Shown: positions 7,800 to 16,858 of the stretch, piece by piece
How positions within the stretch are numbered: position 1 is the first letter of the stretch
How the letters are laid out: each line of letters begins with the position of its first letter
Source of the DNA: Thermodesulfobacteriota bacterium
Lineage (GTDB): Bacteria; Desulfobacterota; Desulfobulbia; Desulfobulbales; SURF-16
Length of the DNA: 22,688 nt
Assembly: GCA_039715015.1 (NCBI GenBank)
Contig: JBDLIE010000041.1
Span: 1-22,688, forward strand
Reading direction: 5' to 3'
The notes under the pieces: model-generated
Databases searched by the model: none
What the model was told of the DNA's origin: nothing
What the model saw: the letters and a program-made list of their open reading frames with translations, nothing else
Translations under genes and position numbers: made by a program

Positions 7800-10286
7800 A
7801 TGGCAACCTTGAGCAACAATAAAACGGACGAAGAGAAATTTTATCAACGTATTTTCGGTGAAACCACGGCTGAAAATATCAAAAAATGTCTGCACCACCA
7901 TCTCTTAAGCTCTCAGGGGCGTGATCCTGAGCGGGCCGGTCCACGTGACAATTATAAAGCGTTGGCGTATACCCTGCGTGATATCATGGTGGAGAAGTGG
8001 ATTAACACCCAGCAGCAGTATTATGATAAACATCAAAAACGGGTCTATTATCTCTCCCTTGAATTTCTCGTTGGTCGGTCGCTGGGCAATAGTCTGATTA
8101 ATCTGGGCCTTGTCGATGAAGTGACAGAAGCACTCCACGATCTGGGCTACAGTCTTGAAGAAATGCGCGAGCTTGAAGAAGATGCCGCCCTGGGTAATGG
8201 AGGTCTTGGCCGCCTGGCCTCCTGTTTTCTTGACTCTATCGCCACCCTTAAGGTGCCTGCCTATGGGTATGGCATCCGTTATGAGTATGGTCTTTTTTAC
8301 CAGAAGCTTATTGACGGTTTTCAGATGGAGAGCCCTGACAACTGGGTTCGTTACGGTACGCCCTGGGAGTTTAAACGCAGTCAATATCTCTTTCCGGTTC
8401 ATTTTTATGGCCGAGTTAACAGCTATATAGATAGCGGAGGCCGCTATCGGTCGAGATGGGTGGACACCGAAGACGTTATGGCCATGGCCTGCGATATGTT
8501 GGTCCCTGGATTTAACAATGATCATGTTATAAATATGCGTCTCTGGACTGCCAAGGCATCCCGTGAGCTTGATCTGGGTTTTTTTAATCAGGGTAAATAT
8601 ATCAGCGCAGTTCAGAGTAAGGTTGCTTCAGAAACCATCTCAAAGGTTCTTTACCCATCAGATATTATGGTGGAGGGCCAGGAGCTTCGCCTCAAGCAGC
8701 AATATTTTTTCGTGGCTGCCACCTTCCAGGATATTCTCCGGCGCTATAAGAAAAAACACGACACCTTTGATCTTTTTCCGGACAAGGTGGCGGTTCAACT
8801 TAACGACACCCACCCAGCCATTGCCATCCCCGAACTTATACGCATACTTGTTGATAATGAGTGCCTGGACTGGGAAAAGTCTTGGGATATTACGGTCAAG
8901 ACCTTTGCCTACACCAACCACACTCTGATGCCCGAGGCTCTTGAGACCTGGTCGGTTGAACTCATGGGCAGGGTGCTCCCTCGCCATATGGAAATCATTT
9001 ATGAGATCAATAAACGATTCCTTGATCTGGTTTCCGAAAAATTCCCCGGTGATGTCGGCAAAATCAAGGAACTTTCCATAATTGATGAGGAAAATGGCAA
9101 GAGGGTGAGGATGGCCCATCTGGCCATTGTTGGCAGTCACTCTGTGAACGGTGTTGCAGAGCTTCATACCCATCTTTTAAAGACCAGAATTTTCCCGACC
9201 TTTCATGGGCTCTATCCTGGTAAGTTCAATAATAAAACAAACGGCATTACCCCACGACGGTGGCTTCTTAAATGCAACTCAAAGCTGGCACGTTTGATCA
9301 CCGACGCCATCGGCCCAGACTGGATTACTGATCTTGATAGGCTGCGGGAGCTTGAAGGCTTTGTTGATGACTCCTCTTTTCTTGAGCAATGGCAGCAGGT
9401 GAAGTTTGCCAATAAGGAGCGACTCTTTAAAAAGATTACTGATTATTGTTGCGCCGACATTGATCCGAATTCTCTTTTCGATGTTCAAGTTAAGAGGATT
9501 CATGAGTATAAGCGCCAGCTTCTGAACTGCCTCCATATTATTTCTCTTTATATTCGCATCCTGAAAGATCCGGATTCAGTCAAGAACCCTGTTGTAAAGA
9601 TTTTTTCAGGTAAAGCGGCCCCTTCTTATATTCAGGCAAAGCTCATTGTTAAGTTGATATGCTCTGTGGCCCATGTCGTGAATAATGATCCTCGGGTAGC
9701 AAATAAACTGAAGATTTCCTTTGTCCCTAATTACAACGTTTCGAAAGCTGAGATGATTATTCCGGCTGCAGATCTCTCAGAGCAGATTTCCACAGCAGGT
9801 ACTGAGGCGTCTGGTACAGGGAACATGAAGTTTGCCCTTAACGGCGCCTTGACCATTGGAACCCTTGATGGTGCAAATATTGAGATCCTTGAAGAGGTTG
9901 GTAAGGAAAATATTTACATATTTGGTCTCACTGCTGAGGAGGCGGAGTTTGAGAAAAAACAGATGAGACGGACACCAGCTGTTATCTGTGCAGAAAATGA
10001 ACATGTTGCTGAAATTATAAATACTATTTCAAGCGGCGTTTTTAGTGATGGTGATCAGGATTTCTTTGGAGACATCACCAATAGTTTGATGAGTGAGCAT
10101 GACCAGTATCTCTTACTGGCGGATCTGGAATCGTACCTGCAGTGTCATGCTGTAGTTGAACAGGATTTCTGTGATAAGAAGAGTTGGACCCGCAAGTCTA
10201 TCTACAATGTGGCCCGGATAGGGAAATTTTCCAGTGATCGTTGTATTAAGGAGTATGCCCGGGATATCTGGGGCTTGGATGTGTAA
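7800..10286 (+). CDS. glgP: Glycogen/maltodextrin phosphorylase
   Basis: LGNGGLGRLASCFLDS, QLNDTHP, YTNHT, KTNGITPRRWL, KRIHEYKRQ and PLP-lysine motif EASGTGNMKF. ATG 7800 follows AGGAAG (the ORF track starts at GTG 7773). Confidence 0.97.
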   Translation: MATLSNNKTDEEKFYQRIFGETTAENIKKCLHHHLLSSQGRDPERAGPRDNYKALAYTLRDIMVEKWINTQQQYYDKHQKRVYYLSLEFLVGRSLGNSLINLGLVDEVTEALHDLGYSLEEMRELEEDAALGNGGLGRLASCFLDSIATLKVPAYGYGIRYEYGLFYQKLIDGFQMESPDNWVRYGTPWEFKRSQYLFPVHFYGRVNSYIDSGGRYRSRWVDTEDVMAMACDMLVPGFNNDHVINMRLWTAKASRELDLGFFNQGKYISAVQSKVASETISKVLYPSDIMVEGQELRLKQQYFFVAATFQDILRRYKKKHDTFDLFPDKVAVQLNDTHPAIAIPELIRILVDNECLDWEKSWDITVKTFAYTNHTLMPEALETWSVELMGRVLPRHMEIIYEINKRFLDLVSEKFPGDVGKIKELSIIDEENGKRVRMAHLAIVGSHSVNGVAELHTHLLKTRIFPTFHGLYPGKFNNKTNGITPRRWLLKCNSKLARLITDAIGPDWITDLDRLRELEGFVDDSSFLEQWQQVKFANKERLFKKITDYCCADIDPNSLFDVQVKRIHEYKRQLLNCLHIISLYIRILKDPDSVKNPVVKIFSGKAAPSYIQAKLIVKLICSVAHVVNNDPRVANKLKISFVPNYNVSKAEMIIPAADLSEQISTAGTEASGTGNMKFALNGALTIGTLDGANIEILEEVGKENIYIFGLTAEEAEFEKKQMRRTPAVICAENEHVAEIINTISSGVFSDGDQDFFGDITNSLMSEHDQYLLLADLESYLQCHAVVEQDFCDKKSWTRKSIYNVARIGKFSSDRCIKEYARDIWGLDV

Positions 10287-10314
10287 CATGGGCACCTTTT
10301 AGGGGTGCCCATGT
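10286..10314. terminator. Stem-loop between convergent glgP and comEA
   Basis: acatgggcacc-ttttagg-ggtgcccatgt, an 11-bp perfect inverted repeat directly after the glgP stop; no clear U-tract. Confidence 0.55.
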
Positions 10315-10360
10315 GATCCTCACTTATGTTCTGCACCATGGAAAAAATTTCCCAGGTAAG

Positions 10361-10612
10361 CTATTGCACCTCTACCTGATCTTGGATCTTCACCAAGAGT
10401 TTCTTGCCGATCCCTTTTACTCTTGTTAACTCATTTGTTGAAGAGAAATTGCCATGATCCGCTCTGTAGGTAATGATGGCAGAGGCCTTTGCAGGACCGA
10501 TCCCTGGTAATGATTCCAAGGTTTTTTGGTCAGCTGTATTGATGTTAACTCCGGCGATTGCTATCTGGGCCCAGAGCAGAAAGAGAGTGCATAGGCTTAA
10601 AAGTTTTTTCAT
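10361..10612 (-). CDS. comEA: ComEA-family helix-hairpin-helix DNA-binding protein
   Basis: Signal peptide MKKLLSLCTLFLLWAQIAIA, then VNINTA..LESLPGIGPAKA.AII.YR...G.F....L..VKGIG (two HhH motifs); GGAGGAG RBS before ATG 10612. Confidence 0.9.
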   Translation of the reverse strand: MKKLLSLCTLFLLWAQIAIAGVNINTADQKTLESLPGIGPAKASAIITYRADHGNFSSTNELTRVKGIGKKLLVKIQDQVEVQ

Positions 10613-11059
10613 AAAATACTCCTCCAATGAATTTGATTTGAAATATGGTGTTTGTGAAAGTGGTGCAGAGTGACATCATGAGAACTAATCGTTTTTATTG
10701 ATATTTATTTCTTACGAGTCTTGAACAACCTGCCATAGTTGTTGCGGTATGGTCAAGGTAAAAGTTAGGTGATTGTCTATTTATTTCTGCCGATATGGGG
10801 TATAAGCCCTTTGTGGGTGCGACAAATTGCCCCAATTTTAACAATCGCAACTTTTAAATTTTGACTTTAAAATAACTCCCTGTCGTTTTGTAGGTGCTGA
10901 ATGGTTGAGATCTTCTGTGTTTGTGCTATTAACTGTTTGCATTTTGTTTTAAAATTGCTAATCTTATTTTTATTGGCTGCTTCCGTGGATATAGCAAAGG
11001 AAACGTTGTTTTTTGTAGAATGAATAAAAGGCTTTTTATGAGCCGATGTAGAGGGGATT

Positions 11060-11260
11060 ATGGCAGAGGGAACTGTTAAATGGTTTAACGAGTCAAAGGG
11101 TTTTGGGTTTATTGAACAAGAAAATGGTAAAGATGTCTTTGTACACTTTTCCGCTATCCTGACCGAAGGCTTCAAGTCATTGAAAGAGGGAGAAAAGGTG
11201 AGTTTTGAGGTTGTTGATGGTCCTAAAGGTCCATCTGCTGCCAATGTCCAGAAAGTATAA
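11060..11260 (+). CDS. Cold-shock protein (CspA family), copy 1
   Basis: 66 aa, GTVKWFN..KGFGFI (RNP1), DVFVHFSAI (RNP2), GPKGP; GAGGGG RBS. Confidence 0.97.
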   Translation: MAEGTVKWFNESKGFGFIEQENGKDVFVHFSAILTEGFKSLKEGEKVSFEVVDGPKGPSAANVQKV

Positions 11261-11283
11261 TTCTTTCTCTTTATAGACCGCAG

Positions 11284-11318
11284 AAAAAGCCCATTCGTTT
11301 GAATGGGCTTTTTTTTTT
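11284..11318 (+). terminator. Rho-independent terminator of csp copy 1
   Basis: aaaaagcccattc-gttt-gaatgggc followed by a 10-T run. Confidence 0.9.
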
Positions 11319-11377
11319 GCGTTGCTATTGTCTGGATATCAGCCATCTGTATAAGCTGTATGAGAGGGATTTTTACC

Positions 11378-12280
11378 ATGGAAGAACAACGCAGACAAAA
11401 AAGTATGCTGGCTGTTTATGTCGGTGTGGGAGCAAATGTCCTGCTTGCCGTTCTTAAGGCCAGTTTCGGAATCATCGGCTGTAGTCCGGCCTTGCTTGCA
11501 GATGGTATTAATTCAACCTCTGATGTGGCCTACGGTATAGTTGTTACAGTTTTTCTCAAGCTCTCCGGCAAGCCAGCTGACCATGAACATCCTTACGGTC
11601 ACGATCAGCTGGAAAGTATTGCCGCTGTCGTTGTAGGCGCTTTTGTAATAACAACTGCCATCGCGATTTTTTGGAACACTGTTAATAATGTCTATGAACT
11701 TTGGACAACCACCAGTGACTATGGCGGTGCCAGCATCCTGGCCTTCTGGGTGGCACTTTTTGCCATAGCTCTTAAGATCTGTCTAACTGTTTGGACATGT
11801 CTCATCGGCAGGCAGACAAAGAATAAAGCGGTTATCGCTCTTGCCCATGACCATCGAAATGATATTTTCGCCTCACTTGCTGCTGCGGTTGGTATTTTTT
11901 TTGGCCGGATGGGATATCCCTGGGTTGACCCCTTGGCTGGTACTGTTGTCTCTTTAATCATCCTTCATACCGGGATTGAGATCATCCGTTCCTCCACTGA
12001 GGACCTCATGTCCACCTTGCCTGGGAAGAAATTGGCAAAGGAGGTTAAAGATTTACTCGAGCCGCTTCCCGGCGTAAAGGCAGTTGAAGAGGTCCATGCC
12101 CATCGTTTTGGACCGTACCTTGTGGTGAACCTCGTCATAGGTGTTGATGGCAGTTTGACTGTCTCGCAGGGGGACGATATTGCGACTGAGGCAGAGTCTG
12201 CCTTGCTTGAGAATATAGAGTTTATGCGCAGGGTCTATGTTCACTACCATCCGGTGCTCCCCGAAGAACAGCCAATATGA
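11378..12280 (+). CDS. Cation diffusion facilitator (CDF) transporter, predicted Mn2+-type
   Basis: SPALLADGINSTSD (TM2), PADHEHPYGH, DHRND (TM5), WVDP and a C-terminal cytosolic domain ending YVHYHP. Start reassigned to ATG 11378 (GAGAGGG RBS) because the track's start at 11303 lies inside the terminator. Confidence 0.93.
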   Translation: MEEQRRQKSMLAVYVGVGANVLLAVLKASFGIIGCSPALLADGINSTSDVAYGIVVTVFLKLSGKPADHEHPYGHDQLESIAAVVVGAFVITTAIAIFWNTVNNVYELWTTTSDYGGASILAFWVALFAIALKICLTVWTCLIGRQTKNKAVIALAHDHRNDIFASLAAAVGIFFGRMGYPWVDPLAGTVVSLIILHTGIEIIRSSTEDLMSTLPGKKLAKEVKDLLEPLPGVKAVEEVHAHRFGPYLVVNLVIGVDGSLTVSQGDDIATEAESALLENIEFMRRVYVHYHPVLPEEQPI

Positions 12281-12347
12281 TATAATCATAGCCATTAAGT
12301 CATTGAAGGCATTTCAATAGGTTTTTGAGAAATAGAGCGGGGGGGAG

Positions 12348-13757
12348 ATGCTTATAGCTGCCAAGGTTGTTTTTTTTCTTCTCTGGATCAACCTGCTTCC
12401 GCCCCTTGCTCATCTGCTCTTTGGTAAGCGCTTTTCCTGGCCGCTGGATGGGGGGCTTCTTTTTTTTGACAATCAAGCTCTCTTTGGCAGCCATAAGACA
12501 ATACGTGGTGTTGTGGCCAGTGTTTTGGGAGGGGTAGTTGCCTCCTTTCCCCTTGGCATGCCGTTGTGGCTTGCTGCTCTGGCAGCTCTTTCGGCCATGG
12601 TTGGTGATTTGCTGTCAAGCTTCATTAAACGGCGTCTGCACAAAACACCTGGCAGTTCGATTTTCGTTCTGGATCAAATTTTTGAGGGTTTTTTCCCGCT
12701 TCTGCTTATAAACTGGTTTTCTCCATTACACTGGTGGCAATTTATTCTTGTTTTGTTGGTTTTTACTCCCCTTGCTTATCTGGGTGCTTGTTTCTGGCAG
12801 TATATTAGCTTCCATCCCCACCATGAAGATTACCCTCGGCTTATCCGGTCAACGGTTCGTTTCCGTGAGTGGCGTTCCTGTCATGAACCTTTGGCCCGTT
12901 GGCAGACTGTTCTAAATCTAACGAGTTTTCTTTCAGATCAAATTATCCTTACCTCGTTTTTTAAAATGATAGGACTTTACGCCAGAGGAGAGGCGAACGC
13001 CCTTGACGTGAAAGTTGAACAGCAGTCCTTCTGGCTTGAGGATTTGCCTCCTGCCTTTGATGGGTTGCAGATTCTGCTTCTTACAGATCTCCATCTCGAT
13101 GGCTTGAAAGGTTTAACGGATAAGATCATCAATAAACTGCAATCGTTAGAGGTGGATATCTGTCTGATCGGCGGTGATGTAAGGATGAAGACTTATGGGC
13201 CTATTGCCCCTTCCTTGCGCCATCTGCGTCGAATTATGGCTGTAGTTCGGTCCAGGGATGGAGTTTTCGGTGTCCTTGGCAATCATGACTGTATTGAGAT
13301 GACTCCTGATTTTGAAGAGACAGGGATCACCATGCTTATTAATGATTGCTGGCCTGTCAAAAAGGGTAGCGAGAGAATATGGCTTGTTGGGGTGGACGAT
13401 CCTCATTATTATAAGACACATAATGCCCCAAATGCATTTCGTGACATCCCGAAAGGTGAGAGTGTAATTTTTCTGGCCCATTCACCAGAGGCATATCAGG
13501 AGGCTGCCCACCAAGGAACATCTCTCTATCTCTGTGGTCATACCCATGGTGGTCAGATCTGTCTGCCTGGCAGTGGTCCTCTTTTTACAAATAGTAGAGC
13601 ACCTCGTTTCACCGCGTCTGGCAGATGGCAGTATAAATCTATGATGGGATACACAAGCAGGGGGGTGGGGCCTTCAGGTATACCACTTCGTTTTAACTGT
13701 CCTGGAGAAATTACCCTTGTCACCTTGCAGAAGGGGGCCCATAATTTATCATCTTAA
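12348..13757 (+). CDS. Fusion of a CDP-archaeol-synthase-like (CarS/DUF46) cytidylyltransferase domain and a calcineurin-like metallophosphoesterase (YkuE-like)
   Basis: The N-terminal ~150 aa are hydrophobic with INLLPP..PLDGG..F.D...FGSHKTIRG, GDLLSSFIKRRL and LDQ. The C-terminal part has TDLH, GGD, LGNHD, LAHSP, GHTHGGQ and SRGVG..PLRFNCPGEI. Confidence 0.85.
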   Translation: MLIAAKVVFFLLWINLLPPLAHLLFGKRFSWPLDGGLLFFDNQALFGSHKTIRGVVASVLGGVVASFPLGMPLWLAALAALSAMVGDLLSSFIKRRLHKTPGSSIFVLDQIFEGFFPLLLINWFSPLHWWQFILVLLVFTPLAYLGACFWQYISFHPHHEDYPRLIRSTVRFREWRSCHEPLARWQTVLNLTSFLSDQIILTSFFKMIGLYARGEANALDVKVEQQSFWLEDLPPAFDGLQILLLTDLHLDGLKGLTDKIINKLQSLEVDICLIGGDVRMKTYGPIAPSLRHLRRIMAVVRSRDGVFGVLGNHDCIEMTPDFEETGITMLINDCWPVKKGSERIWLVGVDDPHYYKTHNAPNAFRDIPKGESVIFLAHSPEAYQEAAHQGTSLYLCGHTHGGQICLPGSGPLFTNSRAPRFTASGRWQYKSMMGYTSRGVGPSGIPLRFNCPGEITLVTLQKGAHNLSS

Positions 13758-13870
13758 CAAGTGGGCGAGCGGAATGTTCAGAGAAGGTTTAACCAATGCA
13801 CTTGTTGACGTATGCTGTTTTTAATAGTAGCTGGTTGTCGATATTACGAAAATCTGAGATGGACTAAGTG

Positions 13871-14398
13871 ATGAGGTTTATACCAAATATTTTGTCGAGT
13901 TTGCGGCTTGTTATGGCCTTTGTCTTTCCCTTTGCACCTGAGAACTCCTGGATATGGCTTGTGTTTGCCAGCGGTTGTACGGATTTTCTTGATGGCTGGA
14001 TTGCCAGGCGCTGGCAGGTTGCAAGCTGGCAGGGCGGCCTTCTTGATGCAGTGGCAGATAAGACCTTTGTGCTTGTTGTTCTTCTTTCCATGGCGTGGGC
14101 CGGGAAGTTTTCATACTGGTTCATTCCTGTTCTACTTGCCAGAGATCTTACGGTGGCCTTTACTGCGGCCTATGCTTCGGTTTTGCGACTGTGGCATTCC
14201 TTTCAGGAAATGGATGCTCGTTGGTCCGGCAAAATTGCCACCGCTGGCCAGTTTTTGTTGTTTGTGGTTGTTCTTCTTTTTCCAGCCTATACAAAGCTGG
14301 TGCTTATCGTGGCGGTTCTCTTTAGTTCGGTTGCATCAATTGATTATGGCTGGCTCTTTGTGAAAGCCTTGCAGGATCGGGCCAGGAAGATGCGGTAG
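13871..14398 (+). CDS. CDP-alcohol phosphatidyltransferase (PgsA-like)
   Basis: IPNILSSLRL and the signature DFLDGWIARRW...GGLLDAVADK (DxxDGxxAR...GxxxDxxxD), ARD, GKIAT..Q. Start is ATG 13871 or GTG 13868. Confidence 0.9.
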   Translation: MRFIPNILSSLRLVMAFVFPFAPENSWIWLVFASGCTDFLDGWIARRWQVASWQGGLLDAVADKTFVLVVLLSMAWAGKFSYWFIPVLLARDLTVAFTAAYASVLRLWHSFQEMDARWSGKIATAGQFLLFVVVLLFPAYTKLVLIVAVLFSSVASIDYGWLFVKALQDRARKMR

Positions 14399-14529
14399 GT
14401 GTTTGCCTTCTTGTTTGTTGCCAGCAGGAAGTTGTTGAGTTTATGTGGTTTAAATGTGATATTCAATAAAAAATTATGTGAATTATATCCTTCATTCGAT
14501 TCAATCTTTAGCCCATTATATTTATAGAA

Positions 14530-15207
14530 ATGATTCCCTGGAAATTAGTTGATGCCACTCTGGTGCCCGATTCGTCCCACGAGCTTACCCTTCATAAAAG
14601 GGGGAATGAATTTTCCATTCGGATAGGGGGGGATGAGCTGATGAATAGTAGGGTGCATGGCTCTGAAGAGGCACTGGCAGAGCTGGCCTGTGCCCGTCTT
14701 GGGGAGATAGCCGAACCACGGGTTCTCGTTGGCGGCCTGGGTATGGGGTTTACTCTGTCTGCTGCCCTTGCCAGCCTTAATGGCGTCAGCCGGGTAGTTG
14801 TCGCTGAATTAATCCCTGCTGTGGTCAGCTGGAACCGTGGCCCTCTGGCTTCGTTTGCTGGAAATCCTTTAGCTGATGAGAGAGTGGTGGTGCGTGAGGT
14901 TGATGTAGCGCTTGTCCTGAAGGCAGAGAAAAGGGCATTTAATGCCATTTTGTTAGATGTGGATAATGGTCCTGAGGGTCTTACCCATACTGATAACGAT
15001 TGGCTTTACAGCGACGATGGCCTCCAGGCTGCATCGCAAGCCCTGCGGGCTGGAGGGGTGCTTGCTATCTGGTCGGCTAGTCGGGAAGATTCGTTTTTAA
15101 AACGTCTTCACCGGGTTGGTTTTCAGGTTGAGGAAAAGACGGTACGGGCCCGTGGTGGTAAAGGTGGAAGCCCTCATACTATTTGGCTGGCCACAAAGTC
15201 TTCTTAG
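14530..15207 (+). CDS. Spermidine-synthase-like SAM-binding protein (class I methyltransferase fold), function unknown
   Basis: ELMNSR..GSEEALA, motif I VLVGGLGMGFT, VVVAEL, ILLDVDNGP, LRAGGVLAIWS. Confidence 0.75.
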   Translation: MIPWKLVDATLVPDSSHELTLHKRGNEFSIRIGGDELMNSRVHGSEEALAELACARLGEIAEPRVLVGGLGMGFTLSAALASLNGVSRVVVAELIPAVVSWNRGPLASFAGNPLADERVVVREVDVALVLKAEKRAFNAILLDVDNGPEGLTHTDNDWLYSDDGLQAASQALRAGGVLAIWSASREDSFLKRLHRVGFQVEEKTVRARGGKGGSPHTIWLATKSS

Positions 15208-15288
15208 TACTTATTAGTCTTGGTAGCCGCCTGACTTGGCTATGCTTTCGTGTATTTTAAGCTTTTTTCTCATATCATATAGATTCTC

Positions 15289-15711
15289 ATGCTTCAGATT
15301 TCTCAGAACATCGCAATTCCAGAAGGTGAGATAGAACTATCAGCCATCCGCGCGCAAGGAGCCGGCGGTCAGAATGTTAATAAGGTTTCATCAGCGGTTC
15401 ATCTACGTTTTGATGTTCGTGGCTCCTCCCTTCCCGATTTCTATAAGAATAGACTCCTGCGCTTGTCTGATCGCCGACTTACCAAGAATGGTGAGGTGAT
15501 AATAAAGGCTCAGAAGTATCGGAGCTATGAAAAGAATCGTGAAGATGCCTTAGAGCGCTTACGAGGTATAATAAAGGGTGTTGCTGTGGTTCCTAAAAAA
15601 AGGAAGTCCACAAAAGCGACTTTTGCTTCGAAACAAAAAAGGCTTGATAGAAAAAGCCGGCGCGGCAAGGTGAAGTCCTTGCGACGCAAAGTCGGTAGGG
15701 GTGATTTGTAA
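15289..15711 (+). CDS. arfB: Alternative ribosome-rescue factor B (peptidyl-tRNA hydrolase YaeJ)
   Basis: RAQGAGGQNVNKVSSAVHLRFD with GGQ motif, NREDALERL, and a highly basic C-terminal tail. Confidence 0.95.
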   Translation: MLQISQNIAIPEGEIELSAIRAQGAGGQNVNKVSSAVHLRFDVRGSSLPDFYKNRLLRLSDRRLTKNGEVIIKAQKYRSYEKNREDALERLRGIIKGVAVVPKKRKSTKATFASKQKRLDRKSRRGKVKSLRRKVGRGDL

Positions 15712-15762
15712 ACAAAAAAAAGGGGCTGTTCCATTTCTGGAACAGCCCCTTTTTTTTGTTTA
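15709..15762. terminator. Bidirectional Rho-independent terminator between arfB and csp copy 2
   Basis: taaacaaaaaaaaggggctgttcca-tttc-tggaacagccccttttttttgttta, a perfect 25-bp inverted repeat giving a U-tract on both strands. Confidence 0.9.
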
Positions 15763-15774
15763 ACGTTCGGGATA

Positions 15775-15975
15775 TTACTGCTGAACTACATTTTCAGCGG
15801 CAGGTCCCTTGGGGCCTTCAACGATGTCGAAGGTTACGCGGGCGCCTTCCTGAAGAGATTTGAAGCCTTCGTTCTGGATAGCAGAAAAATGAACGAATAC
15901 ATCGTTGCCGCCATCCTGCTCAATAAAACCAAAACCTTTTGCATCGTTAAACCACTTAACTGTTCCTTCTGCCAT
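15775..15975 (-). CDS. Cold-shock protein (CspA family), copy 2
   Basis: 66 aa, [35 protein letters not shown]; 47/66 residues identical to copy 1 by manual alignment. Confidence 0.97.
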   Translation of the reverse strand: MAEGTVKWFNDAKGFGFIEQDGGNDVFVHFSAIQNEGFKSLQEGARVTFDIVEGPKGPAAENVVQQ

Positions 15976-16858
15976 TGTGTACTACTCCTTTAAACTCAGA
16001 CCCTTCTGTAGGCCTTTTTTAATATGACCGATAAAACCTAAATTTATCGGCTGATAGTTTGGCTAGCCAAACTGAATTTGTTTTTTTCTACTTGGGGCGC
16101 AGTTCGCGCCTTTTTAAATCAATTGGTTGGTGTGGTGCAGAAAGTAGCGAGAGTAACAGTTGGATACTTCGATGGAAGGATAGGTTGGAACTGCTCTAGG
16201 TTCGGCGAGGTACACCGAACTTCTCTGTGTCTGCATCTTTAATTCATAAGTTCAAATCATTTTTGTCAATCTATACAGGTACATATGTAAGCTGTGTAAA
16301 GCTTAAACCTATAATGTGACGGATTTGCGTTCCTCTTGTGAAATGGGGTGTGTTTTGTATGTTGTCGCGCTTGTTGCCGGTAATGGTTGTTATGTTAAAA
16401 CTTTCAATCTGTTTTGTAGCTAATACTTTTTACCGACAGCTGACGAACCTAAAAAAGGAAACGTACGATGGGAAACTCAGGTGAAAAAAGATGCTATAAG
16501 TTTTTTTAAAAAATCAATATTTAACGTTAATCTTGATTTTTGTCTTTTGCAAGAAAAAATTATTAGTAACTTGTAAATTTTCTATGGCATTTCTGCCATC
16601 CTCTCAGAATGAAATGGGGAAAGGGGATAGTTGTTAGGTTTATTTTTTTTGCAAGTACAAGAAGGTAAAGATCTATTTTTGAGCGGTTTGATCTGCAGCG
16701 CTTAATCATCGGCACATGTGGAGGCGTGATCAACATAGTAAAAATCAAACTGGTTGTAAGGGATTTGCCAGGGATCGGCTGTTTATTTCAATGTTGTTGA
16801 GCAGAATTTGTAGGGATGTTTTTTGTCATTTTTCTCTCTTCACAGTTTGCGAGACTGT

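Noticed and set aside
11303..11377. 25-aa N-terminal extension of the CDF ORF
   Set aside because: The start lies within the csp terminator stem; ATG 11378 has the RBS.
10867..11379. 170-aa minus-strand ORF
   Set aside because: Antisense shadow of csp copy 1 running through its terminator.
14530..15207. Calling this gene speE
   Set aside because: It is shorter than SpeE and lacks the GGGDG and DxxDP motifs; only the fold can be assigned.
16468..16509. 13-aa sORF MGNSGEKRCYKFF after AAGGAAA
   Set aside because: Too short to distinguish from chance without conservation or ribosome-profiling data.
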